Shown here: positions 1 to 9,564 of the stretch, one piece after another
Layout: every line of letters begins with the position of its first letter
How positions within the stretch are numbered: the first letter of the stretch is position 1
From: Candidatus Omnitrophota bacterium
GTDB taxonomy: Bacteria > Omnitrophota > Gorgyraeia > Pluralincolimonadales > Pluralincolimonadaceae
Reading direction: 5' to 3'
Length of the DNA: 64,000 nucleotides
NCBI GenBank assembly: GCA_003141835.1
Contig: PLNR01000005.1
Span: forward strand, 190,289 to 254,288
Position numbers and translations under genes: made by a program
The notes under the pieces: model-generated
Databases searched by the model: none
What the model was told of the DNA's origin: nothing
Seen by the model: the letters and a program-made list of their open reading frames with translations, nothing else

Positions 1-440
1 TAGCCGGCGCAATGATGTCGATACAGGCGATAAAGGGCGTGGAGATAGGCCTGGGTTTTGCTGCGGCGCGGCTCCCCGGCTCGAAGGTGCACGATGAGAT
101 AATCCTGGACAAACACGGCAATTTCTCGCACAGGACCAACAATGCCGGCGGCATCGAGGGCGGCATAAGTAACGGCGAGCCTATAATAGTAAAGATAGCG
201 ATGAAGCCGATCGCAACGCTGGGAACCCCGCTGGACACCGTCGATATCAAGACGAAGAAGAAGACCGAGGCCCAGGTAGAGAGGCACGACATCTGCGCGG
301 TGCATGCCGTATCCGTGGTAGGCGAAGCCGTGCTCGCGTTTGTAGTAGCTTGCGTTATGGCCGAGAAATTCGGCGGCGATTCCTTAAACGAGATGAAGCG
401 CAACTTCGACGGGTACATAAAACAAGTCAGGACATTTTAA
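1..440 (+). CDS. aroC: Chorismate synthase, C-terminal portion (5' end lies upstream of window)
   Basis: ORF 12-440 translation (GIEGGISNGEPI...RHDICAVHAV...) matches the conserved C-terminal half of chorismate synthase; frame is open to the window edge. Confidence 0.85.
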   Translation, partial: AGAMMSIQAIKGVEIGLGFAAARLPGSKVHDEIILDKHGNFSHRTNNAGGIEGGISNGEPIIVKIAMKPIATLGTPLDTVDIKTKKKTEAQVERHDICAVHAVSVVGEAVLAFVVACVMAEKFGGDSLNEMKRNFDGYIKQVRTF

Positions 441-445
441 ATGTA

Positions 446-549
446 TATTTTGAAATTTAAGTCTCACTCGGCCTTTTTTTATTACTCGCAGAAACCTATA
501 GCAACTGCGTCATAAACCGGCTCTTCGCGAGACGTTAAATTTCAAAATA
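446..549. repeat. AT-rich 20-21 bp inverted repeat (tattttgaaatttaagtctc ... gagacgttaaatttcaaaata) flanking a 63-nt GC-richer loop in the aroC-aroK spacer
   Basis: Arms at 446-465 and 529-549 are reverse complements apart from one bulged C. Confidence 0.65.
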
Positions 550-564
550 ACCGCATAGAAAGAG

Positions 565-1083
565 ATGAAGAACATAATATTAGTAGGATTCATGGGAGCA
601 GGCAAGACGGCGGTCGGAAAGACCCTCGCCAGATCACTCAAGAGAAAATTCGTTGACCTCGATGAGAAGATCGAGGAGCGCGAAGGTATGCCCATTTCCG
701 AGATATTCGCCAAGAAAGGCGAGCCGTATTTCAGGAAGGCCGAGAGGGAGATCGTAAAAGAAGTCTCCTCGTGCGCGGGTCTTGTTGCCGCCACCGGCGG
801 GGGCGCCGTTATCGACAAAGAGAATGTCGTTAATTTGAAATCGAACGGCATCTTATTCTATCTTGACGCATCGCCGACCAGGATCCTGGAAAGGACGAAA
901 GGCCACACCCACCGGCCCTTGCTCAATGTAAGCGATCCCAAGGAAAAGATCTACGAGCTGTTGGCGAAACGCGCGGAATTCTACGCTCAGGCTGACCACA
1001 GGATAGATACCAACAACTTGGGCGTCGATGAAGTCGCGAAAAAAATAATATCCCTGCTCAAAGAAGACGGGGAGATCTCCTGA
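565..1083 (+). CDS. aroK: Shikimate kinase
   Basis: 172 aa with Walker A GFMGAGKT and typical AroK length and layout; directly follows aroC. Confidence 0.9.
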   Translation: MKNIILVGFMGAGKTAVGKTLARSLKRKFVDLDEKIEEREGMPISEIFAKKGEPYFRKAEREIVKEVSSCAGLVAATGGGAVIDKENVVNLKSNGILFYLDASPTRILERTKGHTHRPLLNVSDPKEKIYELLAKRAEFYAQADHRIDTNNLGVDEVAKKIISLLKEDGEIS

Positions 1084-2189
1084 TGACCGAAAAAGAATTT
1101 TTGATAGTTTTGAATTGTATTCCCGACATAGGTTTTATCAGGTTTAGCAATCTGATGAAGCGCTTTGGAGCGGTTGAAAAGATATTCTCCGCCTCGAAGG
1201 CCGAATTAGAAAAAGTAGACCAGATAGGCCCGAAGGTCTCAAGCGCGATAATAAGTTGCGATAAAGATAAAACGCTCAAGGGCGAGATGAAACTTATCGA
1301 GAAGTGTAAAGTCAAAGTGATCTCTTATTTTGATAAAGATTACCCGGTTAACCTTAAGGATATTTATGACCCTCCGATTATCCTTTACGTAAAAGGGGAA
1401 TTGACGGCCGAAGATAAGTATTCTATAGGCATAGTCGGCTCAAGGCGCGCGAGTCGTTACGGCCTGCAGACCTCGGAGAGGCTTGGTTACGAATTGGCCG
1501 CTCGCGGCATGGCCGTCGTCTCGGGGTTGGCGCGCGGCATAGACGCGGCCGGCCATAAGGGCGCGCTGAAAGCAAAAGGCAGGACGATAGCCGTACTCGG
1601 TAGCGGGCTGGCGAATATCTACCCGGAAGAGCATGCCGGGTTGGCCGAAGAAATCTCAAGGAACGGCGCTGTCGTTTCGGAGTTCCCGATGGCGATGGAG
1701 CCTTATAAAGATAATTTCCCGAGGAGGAACAGGATAATAAGCGGGCTTTCGCTCGGCGTAGTCGTCGTTGAGGCCGCGAAGAATTCAGGCGCTTTGATAA
1801 CGACCGATTTTGCCCTCGAACAGGGGAGGGAACTATTCGCCGTTCCCGGACAGGCGCGCACAGCGACCGCTGCCGGGACGAACATGCTTATAAGGCAGGG
1901 CGCCAAACTCGTCGAGTCGGCAGATGACGTCATCGAAGAATTGGGTGATGTCATCAAAGGCCATATGAAGACGGAAAGGCCGGAAGAGCCGGAGCATATT
2001 CCCGAAGGGTTGGGCCGGCAGGAAGAGGATGTATTCGTGAGATTAAGCGGGACACCCGTAAATATAGATGAGATAGTGGACGGGACAGGGCTTCCCGTCG
2101 CCGAAGTGATGCACAGCCTTACCAAACTCGAGCTCAAAGGCATCATCGCGCAGCTGCCCGGAAAATCGTACGTAAGGAAAAGTTTATGA
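1083..2189 (+). CDS. dprA: DNA processing protein DprA (Smf)
   Basis: Core Rossmann region GIVGSRRASRYGL...VVSGLARGIDAAGH with a C-terminal winged-helix-like tail; classic dprA-topA synteny; start overlaps the aroK stop (ATGA). Confidence 0.9.
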   Translation: MTEKEFLIVLNCIPDIGFIRFSNLMKRFGAVEKIFSASKAELEKVDQIGPKVSSAIISCDKDKTLKGEMKLIEKCKVKVISYFDKDYPVNLKDIYDPPIILYVKGELTAEDKYSIGIVGSRRASRYGLQTSERLGYELAARGMAVVSGLARGIDAAGHKGALKAKGRTIAVLGSGLANIYPEEHAGLAEEISRNGAVVSEFPMAMEPYKDNFPRRNRIISGLSLGVVVVEAAKNSGALITTDFALEQGRELFAVPGQARTATAAGTNMLIRQGAKLVESADDVIEELGDVIKGHMKTERPEEPEHIPEGLGRQEEDVFVRLSGTPVNIDEIVDGTGLPVAEVMHSLTKLELKGIIAQLPGKSYVRKSL

Positions 2190-2386
2190 TAAAGATATGC
2201 GTTAACGGAAAAGATATCCAGGCCGATGACGGCATAACGGTCGCGAGGCTCATCTCGGACCTGAAGGCCGACGTGAAATACGCGGCCGTCGAATTGAACC
2301 TCAATATACTCGACAGGTCGAAGTATGATTCCGTTAAACTTAAAGAGGGCGACAAGGTCGAGATAATCCTGCCTGTAGGCGGCGGC
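2186..2386 (+). other. ThiS/MoaD-like beta-grasp sulfur-carrier domain ending in GGG, in frame with topA with no intervening stop or start
   Basis: 67 aa VNGKDIQ...AAVELNLNILDRSKYDSVKLKEGDKVEIILPVGGG strongly resembles ThiS family proteins including the C-terminal Gly-Gly; the next codons are AAG GGC GGC GCA CTG (KGGAL). Confidence 0.6.
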
Positions 2387-4435
2387 AAGGGCGGCGCACT
2401 GGTCATAGTCGAGTCGCCGGCAAAAGCCAAGACTATAGAAAAGTTCCTCGGTAAAGGTTACACGGTCCGCTCGTCCATGGGCCACGTGATCGACCTGCCC
2501 ATGCGGAAGATGGGCATCGACATAGAGAACAATTTCACGCCTACCTATAAAGTGATCGCTAAAAAGAAGAAACTACTCAGCGAGTTGAAGGCCGAAGCGA
2601 AGGACAAAGACACCATTTATATCGCGACCGATCCTGACCGCGAAGGCGAAGCCATAGGCTGGCACCTTGCCGGGTATCTCGGGAAGAACAAAGAGGTAAA
2701 GAGGGTCGTATTCCACGAGATAACGAAGAAGGCGATACTTGAAGCGTTCGATAATCCCGCCGAAATAGATATCAACCTGGTAAATGCCCAGCAGGCCCGC
2801 CGCGTCCTCGACAGGATAGTCGGCTATTCCTTAAGCCCGCTCCTTTGGAAGAAGATAACGCGCGGATTGAGCGCGGGAAGGGTCCAGTCGGTCGCGGTAA
2901 AACTCATAGTCGACCGCGAGCGCGAGATCCAGGCGTTCGTCCCGGTTGAATATTGGGAACTCGTAGCGGAACTCAAGAAGAAAAAAGATAAGAAATCCTT
3001 TTTCGCGCAGCTGGATAAGATAAACGACGCGAAGGCCGAAGTTAAAGATAAGGCGTCCTCGGATAAGATACTCGCGGAGCTCTCAGGCGCGAAATATACG
3101 GTAAAGGATATAAAGGAAACCGAGAAGAGGCTGAACCCGCAGGCTCCTTTCACGACCTCGAAGATGCAGCAAGAATCCTTCAATAAACTGCATTACAGGG
3201 CCGGCAAGACGATGAAGATAGCCCAGCAGCTTTACGAAGGCCTCGATATCGGGACCGAGGGCACCGTGGGCCTCATTACTTACATGAGGACAGACTCGGT
3301 AAAAGTGGCGTTCTCCGCGATAGAGGAAGCAAGGTTCTACATAAAAGACAAGTTCGGGAAGGATTATCTCCCTCCCGAAGCGAATGTATATAAGTCCAAA
3401 AAAGCCGCGCAGGAAGCCCACGAGGCGATCCGTCCGTCCTCTCCGGCCAGGGAGCCTGAGGCGATAAAACAGTATCTCACGCCCGACCAGTATAAATTAT
3501 ACAAACTGATATGGGCGAAATTCATATCGAGCCAGATGAAGCCGGCTGTAATGTCGGTCTTATCCGTGGATATCGAGGCCAATGCCTGCCTATTCAGGGC
3601 ATCGGGCTCGACCGTTATATTCCCGGGCTTTAAAGCCGCCTATGACGATGAAGAGGAAGAGAAAGATAAGAAGAAAGCTTATATCCCGAAGCTCGCCATA
3701 GGCGAGGCGGTAGACCTTATTAAACTCGACCCGACGCAGCATTTTACCAAACCGCCGGGAAGATTTACCGACGCCTCGCTGGTAAAGGCGCTCGAGGAAG
3801 ACGGCATCGGCCGCCCTTCCACTTACGCGCCCACTATCGAGACTGTCGTCGCCAGGAATTACGTCAGGCGCGAAGGCACGGCATTATGGCCCACGGAATT
3901 GGGCACGGTCGTCAACGACCTCCTGACACAGAGCTTCCCGGTCATCATAGACGAGGAATTTACCGCGAAGATGGAGGAGGAGCTCGATGAGATAGAGGAA
4001 GGCAAAGTCGAGTGGCCGCAGGCGCTCAAGGATTTCTACGGGCCCTTCTCGCAGTGGCTCTCGAAGGCCCAGGTCGAGATGAAGGATGTCAAGAAGGACA
4101 TCGAGGAGCTCGATGAGGTTTGCGAGAAGTGCGGCCGGAAGATGGTGATAAAATGGGGCCGGCGCGGCAGGTTCAAGAGTTGTTCCGGATTTCCCGAATG
4201 CAAGAATGCCAAACCCCTGGTCACGACCGGCATTAAATGCCCGGAGCCGGGATGCGACGGCGAGCTGGTCGAGCGCAGGTCCCGCCGCGGCGCGTTCTAT
4301 GGTTGTTCCCGCTTCCCCACCTGCAGGCATGTGGAAAATAAGCCGAAGCCTTCGCCAGAAGGCGAGGCGCAATCCCTGCCCTCAGGCAGGGACAAACCCG
4401 AAGAAGAGCCCAAGCCCACGGAGCCGCAGCCTTGA
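2186..4435 (+). CDS. topA: DNA topoisomerase I with C-terminal zinc ribbons; ORF as read includes the N-terminal ThiS-like extension
   Basis: LVIVESPAKAKTIEKFLG Toprim start, catalytic region, and two C4 zinc-ribbon motifs (CEKCGRK...CSGFPEC; CPEPGCDG...CSRFPTC). Confidence 0.9.
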   Translation: MIKICVNGKDIQADDGITVARLISDLKADVKYAAVELNLNILDRSKYDSVKLKEGDKVEIILPVGGGKGGALVIVESPAKAKTIEKFLGKGYTVRSSMGHVIDLPMRKMGIDIENNFTPTYKVIAKKKKLLSELKAEAKDKDTIYIATDPDREGEAIGWHLAGYLGKNKEVKRVVFHEITKKAILEAFDNPAEIDINLVNAQQARRVLDRIVGYSLSPLLWKKITRGLSAGRVQSVAVKLIVDREREIQAFVPVEYWELVAELKKKKDKKSFFAQLDKINDAKAEVKDKASSDKILAELSGAKYTVKDIKETEKRLNPQAPFTTSKMQQESFNKLHYRAGKTMKIAQQLYEGLDIGTEGTVGLITYMRTDSVKVAFSAIEEARFYIKDKFGKDYLPPEANVYKSKKAAQEAHEAIRPSSPAREPEAIKQYLTPDQYKLYKLIWAKFISSQMKPAVMSVLSVDIEANACLFRASGSTVIFPGFKAAYDDEEEEKDKKKAYIPKLAIGEAVDLIKLDPTQHFTKPPGRFTDASLVKALEEDGIGRPSTYAPTIETVVARNYVRREGTALWPTELGTVVNDLLTQSFPVIIDEEFTAKMEEELDEIEEGKVEWPQALKDFYGPFSQWLSKAQVEMKDVKKDIEELDEVCEKCGRKMVIKWGRRGRFKSCSGFPECKNAKPLVTTGIKCPEPGCDGELVERRSRRGAFYGCSRFPTCRHVENKPKPSPEGEAQSLPSGRDKPEEEPKPTEPQP

Positions 4436-5304
4436 TAGACAGATACGTTGAGAAATTCATAAGATATCTTGAGATCGAGAGGAACGCTTCGAAGTATACC
4501 CTCATTAATTATTCGGTCGACCTCAAATCGTTGAGCGAATTCCTCAAGGAAGAGCCGATAGAGAAGGTCGATTACGTCTCCCTGCGCCGGTACCTGGCGC
4601 ACGTAAAGGAACAGAACCTGTCGAAGGTATCGATCGCGCGCAAGATCGCCTCGATAAGGTCTTTCTTCAAGTTCCTCTTCAGGGAAGGGATAATAAAGAA
4701 CAACCCTGCGTCGTCGTTGTCGACGCCTAAACGCGACAAGCACCTCCCGAAATTCCTGGACGAGAAAGAGATAGTCCTGCTCCTTGAGTCTCCGGAGAAG
4801 GAGGGCGAGGCCGGCCTAAGGGACAGGGCGATACTCGAGACGCTTTATTCCACAGGCATAAGGGTAAGCGAACTCGTCGGCCTTAACATGGACCACATCG
4901 ACCAGATAGGCGGGATCATAAAGGTCTTCGGCAAGGGCAAAAAAGAGAGGATCGTGCCGATAGGCGAGAGGGCGCTGCAGGCGATAAGGGATTACCTTAA
5001 GTTCCGCACTTCCAAGGAAGTGCGGGAGAAAGCCCTCTTTTTTAACAAGAACGGCGGCAGGCTCACCGACAGGTCCATAAGAAGGATAATAAATAAATAT
5101 ATAACGAAGGCGAGCATACAACAGAAGATATCGCCGCACACCCTGCGCCACTCTTTCGCCACGCATATGCTCGACCACGGCGCGGACCTAAGGAGTGTGC
5201 AGGAGCTTCTCGGCCACGCCAACCTGTCCTCGACCCAGATCTACACCCATATAACTACCGAAAGGCTGAAGTCCGCGTATACGAAGGCGCACCCGCGGGC
5301 TTAA
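4432..5304 (+). CDS. xerC: Tyrosine site-specific recombinase, XerC/XerD family
   Basis: N-terminal SAM-like domain plus C-terminal RHSFATHMLDHGADLRSVQELLGHANLSSTQIYTH catalytic motif; TTG start overlapping the topA stop. Confidence 0.8.
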   Translation: MIDRYVEKFIRYLEIERNASKYTLINYSVDLKSLSEFLKEEPIEKVDYVSLRRYLAHVKEQNLSKVSIARKIASIRSFFKFLFREGIIKNNPASSLSTPKRDKHLPKFLDEKEIVLLLESPEKEGEAGLRDRAILETLYSTGIRVSELVGLNMDHIDQIGGIIKVFGKGKKERIVPIGERALQAIRDYLKFRTSKEVREKALFFNKNGGRLTDRSIRRIINKYITKASIQQKISPHTLRHSFATHMLDHGADLRSVQELLGHANLSSTQIYTHITTERLKSAYTKAHPRA

Positions 5305-5316
5305 AACCCAAAATAG

Positions 5317-6591
5317 ATGCTCTACGACCTGTTTTTCATGATCTTTTCCGTCATTTACCTGCCGTATTTTTTGGTATCGGGCAAATGGCGGAGTTTCAGC
5401 CGCCAGCGGCTGGGGATCTTCGACGGCGAGACCCGCTCGAAGATAAAGGAGCCTGGCGCGATATGGCTGCATGCCGTCTCTGTCGGCGAGGTCATAGCCA
5501 GCGTCCCGCTTTATGACCAATTAAGAAAAGAACTTCCCGGCGTCAAGATCATCGTCTCGACGGTCACCGCGACCGGGAATAAGATAGCCCGCGAGAGGTT
5601 TAAGGATGCCGCCGCGGTAATATACCTGCCGCTCGACCTAAGCTGGATCACAGGCAGGGTTGTCAATCTTATAAAACCCGGTACCGTGCTCATAGCCGAG
5701 ACCGAGATATGGCCGAATTTCATAACCTCTTTGAAAAAGAACGGCGCCAAAGTCGTGATATTCAACGGGAGGGTCTCGCCCGGTTCTTTCAGGAATTACG
5801 GGATGGTAAAACCACTGCTTAAAGATCTCCTGCAAAAAGTAGACCTTTACCTCATGCAGTCGCAGGCCGACGCAGATAAGATCGTCTCGCTCGGCGCGCC
5901 GAAAGAGGACGTGAAAGTGACGGGCAACCTTAAATATGACGCGGCCCTGATGGGGGGCGCGGGCGACGCTCCCGATATTTTAAGGAAAAAGCTGGGGCTT
6001 GCGGGCGGGGAAAAATTGTTGATCGCGGGTTCGACCAACCCCGGCGAAGAGGAGAAGATATTACGCTGTTACAAAGAGATGGCCGAGGAATTCCCGGAAC
6101 TGCGGCTGGTTATCGCGCCGAGGCATACGGACAGGGCTGGCAGGGTGGCCGGCCTAATCAAGAGCTGCGGATTCATGCCGCGTCTTGTTTCAAGCCCGGA
6201 AACGAAAGCGTTGGGACAGGAAGAAGTTTTGATATTGGATGTGATGGGAAGATTAGCCCGGCTGTATGCCGCCGCCGATATAGTGTTCATCGGAGGGAGC
6301 CTGATAAATAAAGGCGGGCAGAACCCGCTTGAGGCAGCCTACCATTCGAAAGTGGTTTTATTCGGCCCGTATATGCATAATTTTGAGGAGATTGCGGATA
6401 AACTAGTTTCTGCGAGAGGAGCGGTGAAAGTCGGCGACGAAGCGGAGCTCACGGCCTCGCTGCGCGTCCTGCTCGAGAACGATGCCGAGCGGCGCAAGAT
6501 GGGGGAGAATGCGAGGCGGGTCCTGGAATCGAACGCCGGCGCCGCGAAAAAAGATTTTGATCTCATCAAACCGTTGATCGGAAAGCTATGA
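5317..6591 (+). CDS. waaA: 3-deoxy-D-manno-octulosonic acid (Kdo) transferase
   Basis: GAIWLHAVSVGEV...N-terminal motif and GT30 C-terminal region typical of KdtA/WaaA. Confidence 0.85.
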   Translation: MLYDLFFMIFSVIYLPYFLVSGKWRSFSRQRLGIFDGETRSKIKEPGAIWLHAVSVGEVIASVPLYDQLRKELPGVKIIVSTVTATGNKIARERFKDAAAVIYLPLDLSWITGRVVNLIKPGTVLIAETEIWPNFITSLKKNGAKVVIFNGRVSPGSFRNYGMVKPLLKDLLQKVDLYLMQSQADADKIVSLGAPKEDVKVTGNLKYDAALMGGAGDAPDILRKKLGLAGGEKLLIAGSTNPGEEEKILRCYKEMAEEFPELRLVIAPRHTDRAGRVAGLIKSCGFMPRLVSSPETKALGQEEVLILDVMGRLARLYAAADIVFIGGSLINKGGQNPLEAAYHSKVVLFGPYMHNFEEIADKLVSARGAVKVGDEAELTASLRVLLENDAERRKMGENARRVLESNAGAAKKDFDLIKPLIGKL

Positions 6592-7673
6592 GCGAAAAGA
6601 TAAGGCGGTATTTTTATTCGTTAATGACCGATGAGGCTCAAGGCCCGGCAGCAGCTGCCATGAAGCTGCTCCTTTACGGGCTTTCATTTGATTACGCCTC
6701 TGTCCTGGCGGTCACGAAATTCCTTTTTAGAAAAGGGATCGTCAGGCCGTACCGTCCCAAATGCAAGGTTATCAGCGTAGGGAATATAACGCTGGGCGGG
6801 ACGGGAAAGACCCCTTTGACCGTGGAGATAGCGCGCAGGTTCACGGAAAAAGGGAAGAAAGTCGTGGTCCTTACGAGAGGTTACATGAAGGACAAGAATA
6901 CGGGCGTGGCCGATGAAGCCGAGGTCTTTAAAAGCCTGCTTAAGGGTGTTCCCGTCCTCGTGGGGCGCGACAGGATAGCGTCCGCAAAAGAGGCCGAGAA
7001 GAAATACTCGCCCGATATTATATTGCTCGATGACGGTTTCCAGCACTGGCGGCTCGAGAGGGATATCGACCTGGTCGCGGTCGCGGCCGACAACCCTTTC
7101 GGCAACGGGAAATTGATTCCCAGGGGCATCCTGAGGGAGCCGGCCTCGGCGCTCAAGAGGGCAGATATCATCGTTGTGACGAAAGTCCTCCCGGAAGAGG
7201 CGAGCCAGGGCAGGGCAGAGATATTAAAGGACAGGATAAAAAAAATAAATCCAGGCGCCTCGGTATTCAGCGCTTCGTACCGGCCGCAGCGCCTTTATGA
7301 CGCGGAGGAGGGCTCGGAGGCTGCGATCGATTGCCTGAACAACAAGGCGGTAGCGCTTTTATGCGCCATCGGCGACCCGGCTTCTTTCGAGGATACTGTC
7401 GTATCGCTCGGCGCGAATATCGCCGCGGCTTATTTTTTCATGGACCACCACATCTTTTCTTCCAGGGAGATCGGGAAGATCGTCGCCGAGTGCAAGGCTA
7501 AGCGCATAGATACGATAGTGACTACCGAGAAGGACCTGCCCCGCCTGAGGCAGTCAGGCGCAGCGTACCGGGGATCGGGAGTGAAGATATTGGCGTTGGC
7601 GGTGGAGATAAAAATAGATAACGAGGAAGGATTTTTTGGGAGACTGGATACTTTATCTACTCGTAAGGCTTGA
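6588..7673 (+). CDS. lpxK: Tetraacyldisaccharide 4'-kinase
   Basis: VISVGNITLGGTGKTP P-loop characteristic of LpxK; start overlaps the waaA stop. Confidence 0.85.
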   Translation: MSEKIRRYFYSLMTDEAQGPAAAAMKLLLYGLSFDYASVLAVTKFLFRKGIVRPYRPKCKVISVGNITLGGTGKTPLTVEIARRFTEKGKKVVVLTRGYMKDKNTGVADEAEVFKSLLKGVPVLVGRDRIASAKEAEKKYSPDIILLDDGFQHWRLERDIDLVAVAADNPFGNGKLIPRGILREPASALKRADIIVVTKVLPEEASQGRAEILKDRIKKINPGASVFSASYRPQRLYDAEEGSEAAIDCLNNKAVALLCAIGDPASFEDTVVSLGANIAAAYFFMDHHIFSSREIGKIVAECKAKRIDTIVTTEKDLPRLRQSGAAYRGSGVKILALAVEIKIDNEEGFFGRLDTLSTRKA

Positions 7674-9564
7674 GGCGTCGTTATTCCGCCTGCTTCCGCT
7701 TAGGCTTTCCCTCTGGATGGCCGGGCGGTTCGGGAGCCTCATATATTATACGATGGGCAGGCGTAAGACCGTCGCTTACGCCGGCCTGCGCGCCGCGTTC
7801 AGGGGCAGGTATACGCCGGCGCAGGCGAACCGCATAATAAAAGAGATATACCAGAACCTCGCGCAGTCTTACATAGAACTCCTGAAATTCCCGCAGTTCG
7901 ACGACGCCTACGTCAAAAAATACATCAAGATAGAAGGCCTCGAGAAGGTAAAGGCTGCGGTGAAAGAGGAAGAGAGGGGAGTCATCTTCCTCACCGCGCA
8001 TTTTGGGAACTGGGAACTGTGCTCATTGACCGGTTCGACTATGGGCTTCAAGATGAACGTGCTGGCGCGTTTCCAAAAACTCAAGAGGCTCAACGGCTAC
8101 CTGAACAAGATGCGCGGCTCGAAGGGCGCCAACGTCATATTCAAGGACGACGCGATCGCCGAGACGATAGACGCGTTGAAGAGACACGAGGCGGTAGGCA
8201 TCCTGTCCGACCAGGACGGCGGCAAGAGGGGCGAGTTCGTTAATTTCCTCGGGCGGCCCGCGTCGACCCCGAAAGGGGTGGCGCATTTTTCATTGAGGAC
8301 GGGCGCGCCGGTATTTCCCGTCGCTATAATCCGCGAAAAAGGCCCTTACCACAGGCTCGTGATAGGCGATGACATATCAGTCATGCCGTCCGGGGATATA
8401 AAGAAGGATATCCATGAGATACTCCAGAGGTTCGCCGATTCCCTTTCGAAATATATCGAGAGATATCCCGGGCAATGGCTATGGCTGCATAAGCGCTGGA
8501 AATCCACCCCCGCCAGATATATCCTCGTATTAAATGACGGCAGGGCCGGACATTTCAAGCAGTCCCGTGCCCTTGCCGGCGCCATTAGGAAAGCGCGCGC
8601 GGAAAGAGGTTTTTCCCAGGAAGACACGGTAATAGGGACGGTCGATGTCAAATTCAAGAACGGCTTCGCGAGGGCGGTCTTCGATATAGGTTCGTTCCTC
8701 GGGTTCGGCATCCACAGCCTGTCATGCTGTTTCCCGAAGGAAGTATACGATAACCTTAGGGCGGCTTACGCGGATTACGTGATATCATGCGGCGCATCGC
8801 TCGCCGGCGTCAACCTCGCTTTTAAGAGAGAGCTCGGCGCAAGGTCGGTGGTCATCATGAAACCGAATATATTCAATATAAAGGATTTTGACCTCGCGGT
8901 CATTCCGGTCCATGACAAAGTGGGAGCGTCAGGTAACGTCGTCTTCACCAAGGGCACTGTGACTGGCCTAGACGAAGATTCCCTCCGCGAATACGGGGAG
9001 AAACTTAAAAAGCGGGTCGCCGTGGACAAGGGCAAAGTCCTCGGAGTGCTGCTGGGCGGAGATTCCAAGTCTTACACATTCGAGAAGGAACTGGCGATAG
9101 AGGTTGTCGACCGGGTCATGGCCGCGGCCGCGGATATCGGCGCCGACGTGCTCATAACGACCTCAAGGAGGACGTCGCACGCGGTCGAGTTCGCGCTGAA
9201 GGAGCGTTACGGTAAGTCCGAGAGGGTTAAACTCCTCCTGGTCGCGAACGAAAATAATTTCGAAGGGGCGGTCGAGGGGATCCTCGCGCTCTCTGACATG
9301 ATCGTCGTCTCGGGAGAGTCGGTCGCGATGGTGACCGAAGCCGTGAGTTCCGGGAAACCCGTATCGGTATTCATGCCGCAAAAGACTAATAAATTTTCGG
9401 GAACGAAACAGGAGGAATCCGTGCGCAACCTGGAAAAGGAAGGGTTGCTCGTGGTTAATGCGGATATTGCTGCTGATATAAGACAGCGCATTAACCACAA
9501 ACAGGCCGATATATTAAGCGGGGACATGAAAGCTATCCGGGCCGGGCTGGAAAAGATACTATGA
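7636..9564 (+). CDS. Bifunctional protein: N-terminal LpxL/HtrB-type lipid A acyltransferase fused to a C-terminal ELM1/DUF1022-like predicted glycosyltransferase-fold domain
   Basis: N-terminal ~300 aa has the LPLAT motif HFGNWEL and the C-terminal YPGQWLWLHKRWK typical of LpxL; the C-terminal ~340 aa begins VLNDGRAGHFKQSRALAGAI, resembling bacterial ELM1-family proteins. Confidence 0.6.
   Translation: MGDWILYLLVRLEASLFRLLPLRLSLWMAGRFGSLIYYTMGRRKTVAYAGLRAAFRGRYTPAQANRIIKEIYQNLAQSYIELLKFPQFDDAYVKKYIKIEGLEKVKAAVKEEERGVIFLTAHFGNWELCSLTGSTMGFKMNVLARFQKLKRLNGYLNKMRGSKGANVIFKDDAIAETIDALKRHEAVGILSDQDGGKRGEFVNFLGRPASTPKGVAHFSLRTGAPVFPVAIIREKGPYHRLVIGDDISVMPSGDIKKDIHEILQRFADSLSKYIERYPGQWLWLHKRWKSTPARYILVLNDGRAGHFKQSRALAGAIRKARAERGFSQEDTVIGTVDVKFKNGFARAVFDIGSFLGFGIHSLSCCFPKEVYDNLRAAYADYVISCGASLAGVNLAFKRELGARSVVIMKPNIFNIKDFDLAVIPVHDKVGASGNVVFTKGTVTGLDEDSLREYGEKLKKRVAVDKGKVLGVLLGGDSKSYTFEKELAIEVVDRVMAAAADIGADVLITTSRRTSHAVEFALKERYGKSERVKLLLVANENNFEGAVEGILALSDMIVVSGESVAMVTEAVSSGKPVSVFMPQKTNKFSGTKQEESVRNLEKEGLLVVNADIAADIRQRINHKQADILSGDMKAIRAGLEKIL

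Noticed and set aside
4206-4451. Small + strand ORFs embedded in other frames of real genes (e.g. 4206-4451, 16652-16885, 18462-18758, 19748-20029, 46383-46760)
   Set aside because: Arg/Pro-rich out-of-frame translations of GC-rich coding DNA. They overlap confidently assigned genes.
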